Positions 1-8,821 of a stretch of 37,052 bases of DNA are shown here, one piece after another. Source of the DNA: Ignavibacteriales bacterium (GTDB lineage: Bacteria; Bacteroidota; Ignavibacteria; UBA10030; UBA6906); the NCBI GenBank assembly GCA_037441705.1, contig JBBIRR010000039.1, positions 1-37,052 of the forward strand, in the 5' to 3' direction. Under the pieces are notes generated by a model. That model saw nothing but the letters and a program-made list of their open reading frames with translations. It did no database searches and was not told the DNA's origin. A program made the position numbers and the translations under genes. Numbering within the stretch: the stretch's first letter is position 1; each line of letters begins with the position of its first letter.

Positions 1-879
1 CCCCTTCGTCGTAAACGCGTCGATGAATGTTGCCTGCTGCAGCAGAGGAAGAATTTTCGGTGCAATACCGCCTGCAACATAGACGCCCCCTGCCGCAAGA
101 AGCTTGAGCGCAAGGTTCCCCGCTTCGGCGCCGTAGAGGGAGACAAACAACTCCATCGCTCGCACGCACGCCTCATCCTTGCCGGCGAGTGCCGCATGCG
201 AGATTGCCGCCGCCGGGTCGCCCGTCATCATTTCATCGGTCAGCCATTTCGGTTCGGGAGAGGCCATCCTCGCACGGAAAAAGTGGTAGAGATTCACGAT
301 GCCCATGCCTGAAACCACCCGCTCATAGCTGACGCGTTTGTACTTCGTGAGCAGGTACCGAAGCAGATCGATTTCCAGATCGTTGCGCGGAGCAAAGTCG
401 GTGTGCCCGCCTTCCGAAGCAAGCGCCTGGTAGCGCCGGCCGTTCCAGATCAACCCCGCCTCTCCCAGTCCGGTGCCCGCCGCGATCACTGCGATGGTGC
501 CGTGCGAACGTGCGGAACCGGCGTTGAGTATCAGCGTGTCGCTCTCGCTCAAGCGTAAAATGCCGTAGGCCGTCGCTTCGAGATCGTTGATGAGTCCGAC
601 CGACGGCAATCCAACACACGCAGCAAGCTCGCGGGCATCCACCACCCACGGGATGTTCGTTGTCTCGCACCGTCCGTTGATGACGGGACCGGCAATGCCA
701 AACGCCGCGCGCTCGATCCTGTCGCCGTTTTCCTTTTGGTATTCCTGAAGAATCGCCCCGAGGGATCGGTACTCGCTGTTGCGATACGTGCTGAAGCGAC
801 CGCGGACAAGTTGGCCGCCTTCAACAGTGAACGATGCAAGGTTGGTCTTGGTGCCTCCGACGTCTCCCGCAAGAATCAT
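1..879 (-). CDS. glk: Glucokinase (3' end runs off the window)
   Basis: Not in the ORF track. The minus strand from ATG at 879 reads MILAGDVGGTKTN and later INDLEA, GTGLG and SEGGH, which are bacterial glucokinase motifs. The ATG overlaps the pgl stop (ATGA). Confidence 0.93.
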   Translation of the reverse strand, partial: MILAGDVGGTKTNLASFTVEGGQLVRGRFSTYRNSEYRSLGAILQEYQKENGDRIERAAFGIAGPVINGRCETTNIPWVVDARELAACVGLPSVGLINDLEATAYGILRLSESDTLILNAGSARSHGTIAVIAAGTGLGEAGLIWNGRRYQALASEGGHTDFAPRNDLEIDLLRYLLTKYKRVSYERVVSGMGIVNLYHFFRARMASPEPKWLTDEMMTGDPAAAISHAALAGKDEACVRAMELFVSLYGAEAGNLALKLLAAGGVYVAGGIAPKILPLLQQATFIDAFTTKG

Positions 880-1643
880 GATGTATGCGTTGCGTGTTGA
901 TGAATTGTATCGGGTGAAAGGAATGCCGCGGCATCAGCGTCAACGAGCCACTGCAGTGTGCCGCCGGTCGGCTGCACACGCTGGGCCGGATACTGACCGA
1001 TCGGGCCTTCCAGCACTTCATAAAGAATCTTCGCCTTGCTTGCTCCGGCAACGAGAAACATAACCGCCCGCGCGTTGTTGATCGTTGGCAGCGTCATACT
1101 GATTCGGTGCGCGTTGAGCTTCGGCACGAACCCCTCCGCAACGAGACGCACAGTTTCACCGAGGATGGATGTCCCCGGAAACAGAGACGCCGTGTGACCA
1201 TCATCTCCCAATCCTAAGAGAACAAGATCGAACCGTGGAAACTGGTTTTTCTCCAACATGAAGAACTGTCGAATCTCGTTCTCGTATCGCTCGGCTGCCT
1301 CTTTGGGCGACCGCTCCGCTTCAATGCGGTGGATGTTTGTCCGGGGAATGTTGGTGCGGCGCAGAAGCGCTTCATTCACCATCCGGAAGTTGCTTTCCGC
1401 ATGATCCGGTGGAACACAGCGTTCATCTCCCCAAAACAGATGAATGGACTCCCACGCAACAGGCGTATGCGTCATCTCAGCAGCAAGCCGTTCATACACC
1501 GCCTTCGGAGTCGAGCCGCCGCTGAGAACCAGCGAGAACGTACGGCGTTCGGCCAAGGCCCTCTCCGCCTCGCCAACGATCGCTCGGGCTGCCTCGCGCT
1601 GCAGTTCTTCGGCGGACGAGAAGACGCGAACCATCCGGCTCAT
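876..1643 (-). CDS. pgl: 6-phosphogluconolactonase
   Basis: Motifs LSGGSTP, FWGDERCVPPDH.ESN, LLGLGDDGHTASLFP and RISMT. Confidence 0.95.
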   Translation of the reverse strand: MSRMVRVFSSAEELQREAARAIVGEAERALAERRTFSLVLSGGSTPKAVYERLAAEMTHTPVAWESIHLFWGDERCVPPDHAESNFRMVNEALLRRTNIPRTNIHRIEAERSPKEAAERYENEIRQFFMLEKNQFPRFDLVLLGLGDDGHTASLFPGTSILGETVRLVAEGFVPKLNAHRISMTLPTINNARAVMFLVAGASKAKILYEVLEGPIGQYPAQRVQPTGGTLQWLVDADAAAFLSPDTIHQHATHTS

Positions 1644-2788
1644 GATACAAACATTGCCAGCAGTTTCTTCACCGCCGCCTCATAACCCAAGTCGCGGGAT
1701 ACGACTTCAAGTTCCTGGGCCACAAGCATTGCTTCGGTTCTATCGCTCATCACGGTCAGCATCTCTTCCGACACACCGTGTTCCGAGCGGCGGGTCAGTG
1801 CAACGCAATGGGGATGTTTGGTTGCGGAGACGTTCAAACTTGCTGCACCAGACATGTCGAGAGTGAGCGATTCGATTCCCCCGGGGAATCCTTCCCGCGC
1901 CGCCACAGGAACCAGCCGAACGTTGACAATTCGTCCGTTCTGCTGGAAGGAAGTAGTGTAGCTTCCATGCGCGGCTGTGTCCATCCCCTTTCCAACGACC
2001 CACTGCAGTCTGTCCGCCAGCCAGCCCACGAACAGGAAGGCCTGACTCAGACCCGAATGCTGCGGGCGGACGGTGGAGGAGTACTCGACGGTCACAGCTT
2101 CAATTTGCTTCAGGAGCGGCCGCATAGACGGTGGATTGAACGCATTCGCCACGACCGACCGCCATGGGGTGAGATGTGTCCAGGACAGATCGCCGAACGT
2201 GACATGCGAGCCGGTCGTCTTCATGACCATCCCCCACGCGCGCAGCATCTGCTCCGGTGCAGGAGTGTCGGACGAATCTATCAGTACCCGGTTCACAACC
2301 TCCGTCAGGCTGCGAAGCAAGGGATCCTTCTCGTTCACATCTGCCTTCCATAACAGCACACTCGGCACATCGGGAACCAGAAGGGACGTCACCAGGCTGG
2401 GGATTTTCGCTGCTTCGTCTCCACGCGCTATGAGGGTGATTTGTTCACAACAAACTTGCTTGCCGCCCGGTACCGGAAGCGAGCAGCGCGCTGAAATCCA
2501 TGCATCAAGATGGGCGCTGCTGCTGCGCCGATCGGCCAGGGCCAGAAAGATGCGGGCGGGATGCTCGATGGTGACATCGCCAACCATCCCGGCAAGCGTG
2601 TCGACGTCCTCCTCGCGCTCGGTGACAACAATCAGGTTCAGCGCACAGGCGCGCACCACCGGCACCGAAAGCGAATCGGGGGCTCGCTCCGTGGCATCCT
2701 TCCACAGACGCGTCAGCTCGCGTTCGATCGCAACGACATCGACCTCCTTCGGCTCGGCGAGCAGTTGTGTTTGCTGTTCGGGCGTCAT
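1640..2788 (-). CDS. opcA: Glucose-6-phosphate dehydrogenase assembly protein OpcA
   Basis: Motifs IERELTRLW, RACALNLIV, HPARI, VCCEQITL, LLVPDVP..LLW and GDLSW..LTPWR. Coupled to pgl by a 4-bp overlap. Confidence 0.88.
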   Translation of the reverse strand: MTPEQQTQLLAEPKEVDVVAIERELTRLWKDATERAPDSLSVPVVRACALNLIVVTEREEDVDTLAGMVGDVTIEHPARIFLALADRRSSSAHLDAWISARCSLPVPGGKQVCCEQITLIARGDEAAKIPSLVTSLLVPDVPSVLLWKADVNEKDPLLRSLTEVVNRVLIDSSDTPAPEQMLRAWGMVMKTTGSHVTFGDLSWTHLTPWRSVVANAFNPPSMRPLLKQIEAVTVEYSSTVRPQHSGLSQAFLFVGWLADRLQWVVGKGMDTAAHGSYTTSFQQNGRIVNVRLVPVAAREGFPGGIESLTLDMSGAASLNVSATKHPHCVALTRRSEHGVSEEMLTVMSDRTEAMLVAQELEVVSRDLGYEAAVKKLLAMFVS

Positions 2789-2921
2789 ACGTGAATGGAA
2801 TATACTGAACTCTCGCTACATTTGCTTAGCGAGGTGTTACCTTTCTACAAACTGCCCGCATCACCCCACTTCTCGGTTCGCTTCGCTTAGCGGAATCCGT
2901 TGGTGTTCCTTGCCGGGAGTG

Positions 2922-2950
2922 TTGAATTTTTTTGGCTCGACTTTTATACT
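2922..2950 (+). promoter_or_regulatory. Sigma70-like promoter for the 2998/3722 genes
   Basis: TTGAAT (2922-2927), a 17-nt spacer, then TATACT (2945-2950), about 48 nt before the ATG at 2998. Confidence 0.55.
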
Positions 2951-2997
2951 ATACACAGGAAACGATTTGTTGAAATCTTTACCGCTGTGGCGAAGCG

Positions 2998-3711
2998 ATG
3001 ATGAAACTTTCGCTTGACACGTTCCTTACCGGCACGGGCGACATCGAGGCAACGCAGTATCGTGTGCTGGAAGGCTTGAAAACGTACTACGGAGAGTTCT
3101 CTCACAACAGACTTTATCCCTCGCTCTCGGAGTTGGTGGAGTTGCATCGGGCGTTGGTGGAGATCATCACCAGCATGAGCGACATCCAGGGACATCTTCC
3201 CCACGAACTCAAGGAGGTGGATCTGAGCGAAGGAAAGCTCGTGTATCAGACGAGCGGATTGACCGACGACGATCTCGCTCGGGCCGCAGAGCTGATTGTC
3301 TGGGCCCTCCCAAAAATCCAGCAGGCAATTGACGAAGGCGTTAACATCTACAATTTTGTAGATGAGCACATCCAGATCGAACACGTGGGGATTCTTCCGA
3401 TGTACCGCGAAGAAGGATACTGGTTTGTCCCGGAGCATCGGCTCGCGCTGCTGCATCTGCTGCGGTATGAACTGTCTCTCTTCACCTCCGCCAACGAGCG
3501 TTATCGTCTCCTGAAGACGGTGAACATCGGTGAGATCGAGCAGAAGTACATCCATCGCTCGCCCGAGGCGATCAAACTCCAGCTCATCGAGCAATATCGT
3601 GATCTGCCCAATCCGGCCACCTATGTGTGCGAGACGGATCTGGACTTCCCCTACAACGAAACGATCCTTCCCATTGCCAAGCGCAAGCTGATGGCTCAGG
3701 TTTACTGTTGA
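2998..3711 (+). CDS. Conserved hypothetical protein (resembles an FCB-group family of unknown function)
   Basis: 237-aa ORF with protein-like composition (LYPSLSEL, VGILPMYREEGY, ETILPIAKRKL), preceded by a promoter-like sequence. No catalytic motif recognised. Confidence 0.75.
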   Translation: MMKLSLDTFLTGTGDIEATQYRVLEGLKTYYGEFSHNRLYPSLSELVELHRALVEIITSMSDIQGHLPHELKEVDLSEGKLVYQTSGLTDDDLARAAELIVWALPKIQQAIDEGVNIYNFVDEHIQIEHVGILPMYREEGYWFVPEHRLALLHLLRYELSLFTSANERYRLLKTVNIGEIEQKYIHRSPEAIKLQLIEQYRDLPNPATYVCETDLDFPYNETILPIAKRKLMAQVYC

Positions 3712-3721
3712 GTAGGTTGCC

Positions 3722-5386
3722 ATGCCCTCCCCGAAATGCCCGTTGTGCAAGCAATACGTTGAGCGTCTGATCCATATTTTTACCGGCGACGCCGAGCAAG
3801 CCGTCATCGCAAGGATTCGGGCGCGGTACCCTTCATGGTCTATCTATCAGGGACTGTGCGAACGGTGCTTCTATCTCAATGAATTTGAAACGGCGGACGA
3901 TCACTTCCTTCCCGATCCGGGGTTGGGGGACGGAACAACGGCCCTGCGCAGCTCGCTGTTTCGTGCTCGGGTGAAGAACGAATTCGCTCTGCTGCCCATT
4001 CCGCTTCGTCTCAACGCCGATCCGCGCTTTCGCGGGAAAGGAATAACCCTCGCCTTCATCGACTCCGGGTTTTACCCCCATCCGGATCTTGTCAGACCAA
4101 CCAATCGCATCAAGGAGATCGTGGATGTAACGGACCAGAAACTGCCGCGGCGATACTTCCGCACAGCGCACGCAGAAAGCTGGCACGGAACCATGACCGC
4201 CGTGACCGCTGCAGGCAACGGAACGCTTTCGGACGGATTGTACCGAGGCATCGCCTCGGAAGCAGATGTTGTGTTGCTGAAGGCGATGAATACGGACAAA
4301 CGCGGCATCTCGCGGCAGGACATTGTCCGGGCGATGCGCTGGGCGATTGACCATGCGGAGCAGTACAACATTCGCATCATCAGCGTCTCGGTCTATGACG
4401 ATGAACCCGGCTCGGCGGCGGACAATCCGGTGAACGCGGCGGTGGAGGAAGCGGTGAACAAAGGCATCATTGTCGTTGCGGCTGCAGGAAACACGCCGAA
4501 CAGCACGCTCTTTCCGCCGGCGAACGCGCCCGCGGCAATCACCGTCGGCGGGGTTGACGACCGGAATGATATGCGGAAGGAGCTGCGGCGGATGTTTCGC
4601 TCAACGTATGGAAGGACGACCGATGGCCCGTCCAAACCCGACCTGATTGCTCCCGCGATCTGGGTGGCGGGACCGATTCTTCCGCACACCGATCAATTCC
4701 GCGAGGCGCCGGTGTTGTTCAGACTTCTCACCGCCACGCCGAAGATGGCCGAACGCATTCTGCAACGCCATCGTGATGCGCTGCCGAACTTCCCGAGACG
4801 ACTTCGGAACGGTGCATACAAGGAGTGGGCGCGCAAACGGATCGAGGAGATGAAGTACGTCGCACCGTACTACAAGCACGTCGATGGGACGTCGTTCGCC
4901 GCGCCGATTGTGAGCGCGGTAATCGCTCAAATGCTCGAAGCCTATCCCGCCCTCACGCCGGCCGACGTCAAGCGCCTGCTCATGGAAACCGCTGAGCCGT
5001 TGAGGCATATCGGACAGGAACAGCAGGGACACGGCGTGTTGAACCCGCGTGCGGCTGTGCTTGCCGCCATCACGAAACAGTACAACGACCTGGGGGCCGG
5101 CGTTCACACCGTTGATGGACGAGTGGTGTTCGTGTACCACAATCGCGTCCCTCGTTCGGTTGCCGTTGCCGGCAGCTTCAACAACTGGAATGCCCAGCAA
5201 CTTTCCCTCCACGAATCGCACGACGGCTGGTGGAGCGCCTGGATGCCGAAGCCACAGCCCGGCACACATCAATACAAATATGTCATTGATGGAAGCGTCT
5301 GGCTGGAGGATCCCGCGAACAAAGAGAAGACTCCGGATGGTTTTGGTGGATGGAATAGCCTGATCGTTGTGTCAGGAAAGGACTAG
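3722..5386 (+). CDS. S8 (subtilisin/AprX-like) serine protease with N-terminal CxxC..CxxC module and C-terminal CBM48/AMPK-beta-like glycogen-binding domain
   Basis: Catalytic triad FIDSG / WHGTMTA / DGTSFAAP and oxyanion-hole AAAGN. C-terminal VAVAGSFNNW...GWW...PGTHQYKYVIDG.W..DPAN....DGFGG.NS is the CBM48-type pattern. No signal peptide. Confidence 0.9.
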   Translation: MPSPKCPLCKQYVERLIHIFTGDAEQAVIARIRARYPSWSIYQGLCERCFYLNEFETADDHFLPDPGLGDGTTALRSSLFRARVKNEFALLPIPLRLNADPRFRGKGITLAFIDSGFYPHPDLVRPTNRIKEIVDVTDQKLPRRYFRTAHAESWHGTMTAVTAAGNGTLSDGLYRGIASEADVVLLKAMNTDKRGISRQDIVRAMRWAIDHAEQYNIRIISVSVYDDEPGSAADNPVNAAVEEAVNKGIIVVAAAGNTPNSTLFPPANAPAAITVGGVDDRNDMRKELRRMFRSTYGRTTDGPSKPDLIAPAIWVAGPILPHTDQFREAPVLFRLLTATPKMAERILQRHRDALPNFPRRLRNGAYKEWARKRIEEMKYVAPYYKHVDGTSFAAPIVSAVIAQMLEAYPALTPADVKRLLMETAEPLRHIGQEQQGHGVLNPRAAVLAAITKQYNDLGAGVHTVDGRVVFVYHNRVPRSVAVAGSFNNWNAQQLSLHESHDGWWSAWMPKPQPGTHQYKYVIDGSVWLEDPANKEKTPDGFGGWNSLIVVSGKD

Positions 5387-5427
5387 GCCTTTCACACGAG
5401 TGTGGTTTTCTTTCATTACCACCAAGC

Positions 5428-5456
5428 TTGCGCAACTACGACATTTGAGCTATATT
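5428..5456 (+). promoter_or_regulatory. Sigma70-like promoter of the three-gene cassette
   Basis: TTGCGC (5428-5433), a 17-nt spacer, then TATATT (5451-5456), about 58 nt upstream of the ATG at 5515. Confidence 0.5.
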
Positions 5457-5514
5457 GGCTATGCGGATGCGTATCTTTCCCTTCTTCCTATTTGCTGAAG
5501 ATTCAGCGTAACCA

Positions 5515-6255
5515 ATGGCCAGCTCAAGGCACTTACGAAACGCCCCGATAGTTGAAGCCATGATTGTCATCAAGGTCAAGCTCCCCAGCGGATTTGATAT
5601 CATGAAGTTCAAGGAGGCAAGCAACATCGTTCGCAGCAGCTACCCAGAACAGTTTAACATCCTGGAAGTAAGCGGTCAGTTTCAAGCCGGCGAGGGTTCA
5701 AGCGTAGCACAGACGGCGAGCAACGTTATTGGTTTTGGCTTCAAGTCGGACGACAAGCGGAATGTTGTCCAATTTCGAAGGGAAGGGTTCACATACAATC
5801 GGTTGAAGCCCTATACTTCGTGGACCGAAGTTCGCACCGAGGCCCTACGAGTGTGGGACATCTACAAAAAAATTGCCTCACCGGGCTTGGTAACACGAAT
5901 CGCAGCCCGATACATTAATCACCTAAATGTTCCTTTAGCCGAAAACCTATTAGACTACATCTATTCACCAACATTACCGAACGAAACACAAGCAGAGCTA
6001 AACGGTTTTCTGACCCGTTTTGCTGCCAGCGACAGAGTCTCGAGTTTGCAGGCCAACATCACGCAAGCACTGGAGCGTGCGCTTGACCAGAAATCGCTAA
6101 ATGTGATCCTGGATATCGAGGTTTACAAACAAGGACAGTATGACCCTGAGACTGATGCGGAAAAGATTGTTACAGATTTTGAACGGATCAGGGAGTTCAA
6201 GAATCGAATTTTCTTTGCCTATATCACGGAAAAAACCGCGAGGCTTTTTGAATGA
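5515..6255 (+). CDS. TIGR04255-family protein
   Basis: N-terminal HLRNAPIVEA, FTYNRLKPYTSW, RIAARYIN, ILDIE and C-terminal KNRIFF..IT match my recollection of this sporadically distributed family. Lower GC than the flanks. Confidence 0.75.
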   Translation: MASSRHLRNAPIVEAMIVIKVKLPSGFDIMKFKEASNIVRSSYPEQFNILEVSGQFQAGEGSSVAQTASNVIGFGFKSDDKRNVVQFRREGFTYNRLKPYTSWTEVRTEALRVWDIYKKIASPGLVTRIAARYINHLNVPLAENLLDYIYSPTLPNETQAELNGFLTRFAASDRVSSLQANITQALERALDQKSLNVILDIEVYKQGQYDPETDAEKIVTDFERIREFKNRIFFAYITEKTARLFE

Positions 6256-6746
6256 GCACGTTGGCAATTCATCATGACCCTTTCGTGTTGCGGGACGATG
6301 CGGGCTTAAGTGAAGATGCAAGACAGCTGAAGGATCGGCTCGAATCGATCAGCAACGACATGAGAAAGACCGTATCCTTTGGAGAACCACTGAGGAACGT
6401 GTATCTCGCCATACAGGAGATATTAGAAGAGGGTTCAACCGATAACTGGGATTCCTATGGTGCAAAGGCGGTCACTCAGCAGACGTATGATCAAGCGCTG
6501 AGATTCTTGAGAGCCCTTTCGCCGGCGGTCCCGATGCCGGAAATTTCCTTGGAACCGGATGGCGAATTCGCTTTCGATTGGTTTAGAGCGCCAGGCTGGG
6601 TCTTTTCCGTAAGCATCGGAGGGACGGGAGATCTGACGTACGCAGGTGTCTTTGGCAAAAACAAAACTCATGGCACTGAGGTTTTTCAAGATGAAATCCC
6701 TAAGGTCATTATGGACAACCTTTCGCGGCTTTATGCGGAAAGGTAA
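6252..6746 (+). CDS. Hypothetical protein with DNWDSYGA / P.I..EPDGE..FDW motifs (TIGR04255 partner)
   Basis: 164-aa ORF whose ATG overlaps the upstream stop (ATGA). Confidence 0.75.
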   Translation: MSTLAIHHDPFVLRDDAGLSEDARQLKDRLESISNDMRKTVSFGEPLRNVYLAIQEILEEGSTDNWDSYGAKAVTQQTYDQALRFLRALSPAVPMPEISLEPDGEFAFDWFRAPGWVFSVSIGGTGDLTYAGVFGKNKTHGTEVFQDEIPKVIMDNLSRLYAER

Positions 6747-7161
6747 ACCTACCCACTTCTCCTCATTCGACCCACTTGATCCTTTTTCCAGGTTCATTTG
6801 CAGTCGCAGTCACTTTGCTTCCGAAAAGAACATCGTAAAGCCTGCTGCCTTCCTTCCCAACGAAACGAACATGCAAGTTTCCGTCTTTCACACCAAACTT
6901 CTTTCAAGCAGCGACATATGGGAAATCGGTAGACGCTTCGTCGCAAGGCCGAGCAACAGGACCGTCTACGCTCGTGCTGATTTCAAGGCCAATGACGTCA
7001 GCACCGTACATCTCACGCTACGACTGGATAACGATCCACCTCGCCATGCTAATATCATCGGATGGCCAGCCGAGAAATCGGAACGGAAGCTCCTTGCAAT
7101 TCAATTGGCCGGTATGGCTTCACTCTCGACACCGGCAGCTCCCATCATCCCAAAAGCATGA
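6733..7161 (+). CDS. Hypothetical protein, possible ADP-ribosyltransferase-fold toxin
   Basis: Likely start is the ATG at 6733 (MRKGKP), overlapping the previous gene by 14 bp; the track start at 6646 overlaps it by 100 bp. Motif order FSRF / KPAAFLP / QVSVF / PPRHANI. The coding call is fairly firm; the function is inference. Confidence 0.65.
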   Translation: MRKGKPTHFSSFDPLDPFSRFICSRSHFASEKNIVKPAAFLPNETNMQVSVFHTKLLSSSDIWEIGRRFVARPSNRTVYARADFKANDVSTVHLTLRLDNDPPRHANIIGWPAEKSERKLLAIQLAGMASLSTPAAPIIPKA

Positions 7162-7185
7162 GATTGTCGCTCTATTCCGGAACGG

Positions 7186-7812
7186 ATGAAGCAAGCCCCG
7201 AAAGCAATCGTCGCATTCGCCGTTATGCTCCTGCTCGTCGCGATTGCGGTCTATCTCCTTCTCGTCCGAACGCCGGCCGACGTTGCGCGCAATCTTGCCG
7301 ACGGCATTGCCCGCACGTTCAACTTTACACCGCAAGTCAAGATTGAAGAAACCGTCGTCATCGAGCAGAACACGCCGATTGCCGAGCTTGCAACGGTTGC
7401 GCGCGATCTGATGGTCGAATACTCGTGGTCGCACCAGTGGCTCGGCAGTACCAAGACCATCAGACTGCGAGGCACGTATACTGCAAAGGCGGGCTTCGAT
7501 TTGAAGCAGCCATTCAGCCTCACGATTCGCACGTCGCCGCTGCGCGTGCAAGCGCGGATGCCCGCGCCCAAACTGCTCTCGCTGCAGATGAATTCCTACT
7601 CCATCCTCGAGGACGAAAGCGGCTGGTGGAACAGAATCTCCGACGCCGACCGTGAACAGGCGGTTCAAGAGTTGCAACGCGTGGCGTTCGAGAAAGCAAC
7701 ACGCTCCGGCATGCTCGCCGAGGCCGCGTCGACGGTCGAGCAGCGAATACGAGAGCTTGCCGAGCACAACGGCGCACTCATTGAGTTTCTCTCACGGTGG
7801 CAGGAACGATGA
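7186..7812 (+). CDS. DUF4230-family membrane-anchored protein
   Basis: N-terminal TM helix, ELATV, TAKAGFDL, MPAPKLLS and a C-terminal 'GMLAEA' helix. Confidence 0.72.
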   Translation: MKQAPKAIVAFAVMLLLVAIAVYLLLVRTPADVARNLADGIARTFNFTPQVKIEETVVIEQNTPIAELATVARDLMVEYSWSHQWLGSTKTIRLRGTYTAKAGFDLKQPFSLTIRTSPLRVQARMPAPKLLSLQMNSYSILEDESGWWNRISDADREQAVQELQRVAFEKATRSGMLAEAASTVEQRIRELAEHNGALIEFLSRWQER

Positions 7813-8714
7813 GCAGTCCACTCTCTCAGCTACTTGATCGGCGATCTCTTCTTCTCCTTGATGGAGCGATGGGAACGGAGTTGGAGCGCCGTGGAGTTGA
7901 CATCGGTCTGCCGTTCTGGTCGGCAAATGCACTGGTGCATCGGCCCGACGTGGTGTTGCAGATCCACAAGGACTACATCGAAGCCGGCGCAGATATCATC
8001 ACCACCAATACTTTCAGAACAAATCGTCGCGTGTTCAAGAACGCTGGCACTCCCGATCGTTCTCGTGAACTTACCGCCACGGCAGTAGAGCTTGCGCAGC
8101 GAGCGCGCGACGCGTACCCACACCGCACAATTCTCATCGCGGGCAGCGTCGCCCCCGTGGAGGATTGCTACCGGCCCGATCGTGTTCCATCGGAAGGCGA
8201 GTTGCAGGATGAGCATGGCGAACTCTGCGAGAGATTGGCCAGGCTCGGCGTGGATTGTATTCTGATTGAAACCATGACGACGATACGCGAAGCATACGCA
8301 GCATGCGCCGCCGCCAAAGCGACGTCGAAGGAAGTGATTGTGAGTTTCACGTGCACGCGGGACGGAGCACTTCTGGGCGGTGAACCTCTCGCCGATGCTG
8401 TTGCGGCCCTCGCAGAGCTGCAGCCCACAATGTTCTCGCTGAACTGCATCTCGCCGCGGCACCTTACGCCGCTCGTTCACAGATTAGGCTCCCTGCTTGC
8501 GCAAAGCGCTCCCGGAACCCCGTTCGGCGTGTACGCCAACGTCGGTAAGCCCGACGTGCGCGAAGGCGCGATGACGCAGGACGTTGATGAGGAAGAGTAC
8601 GCAGTGTTCGCTGCAGAGTGGAAGCAGCTCGGCGCGTCGATGGTCGGGGGATGCTGCGGCACAACGCCAGAGTACATCCGACGTCTCGCCGAAACACTTG
8701 CCGTTGCCCCATAA
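7809..8714 (+). CDS. Homocysteine S-methyltransferase family protein (stand-alone HMT domain)
   Basis: LLDGAMGTEL, H.DYIEAGADIITTNTF, IETM, LNC and zinc-binding GGCCGTTPEYI. The ATG at 7809 overlaps the upstream stop. Confidence 0.9.
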   Translation: MSSPLSQLLDRRSLLLLDGAMGTELERRGVDIGLPFWSANALVHRPDVVLQIHKDYIEAGADIITTNTFRTNRRVFKNAGTPDRSRELTATAVELAQRARDAYPHRTILIAGSVAPVEDCYRPDRVPSEGELQDEHGELCERLARLGVDCILIETMTTIREAYAACAAAKATSKEVIVSFTCTRDGALLGGEPLADAVAALAELQPTMFSLNCISPRHLTPLVHRLGSLLAQSAPGTPFGVYANVGKPDVREGAMTQDVDEEEYAVFAAEWKQLGASMVGGCCGTTPEYIRRLAETLAVAP

Positions 8715-8821
8715 GCCCTTCGTATCGTATATTCTGCTACACGCGTCGCCGACGTCAAGGAAACGTGAGGGCTGACGCGCAAATCAAGACGAAACGGAAA
8801 CAATCATTGTCTCAGGTAGCT

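Noticed and set aside
5387-7185. Target-site duplication or att sites around the three-gene cassette
   Set aside because: No matching direct or inverted repeats were seen at the two boundaries, so it is not called a mobile element.
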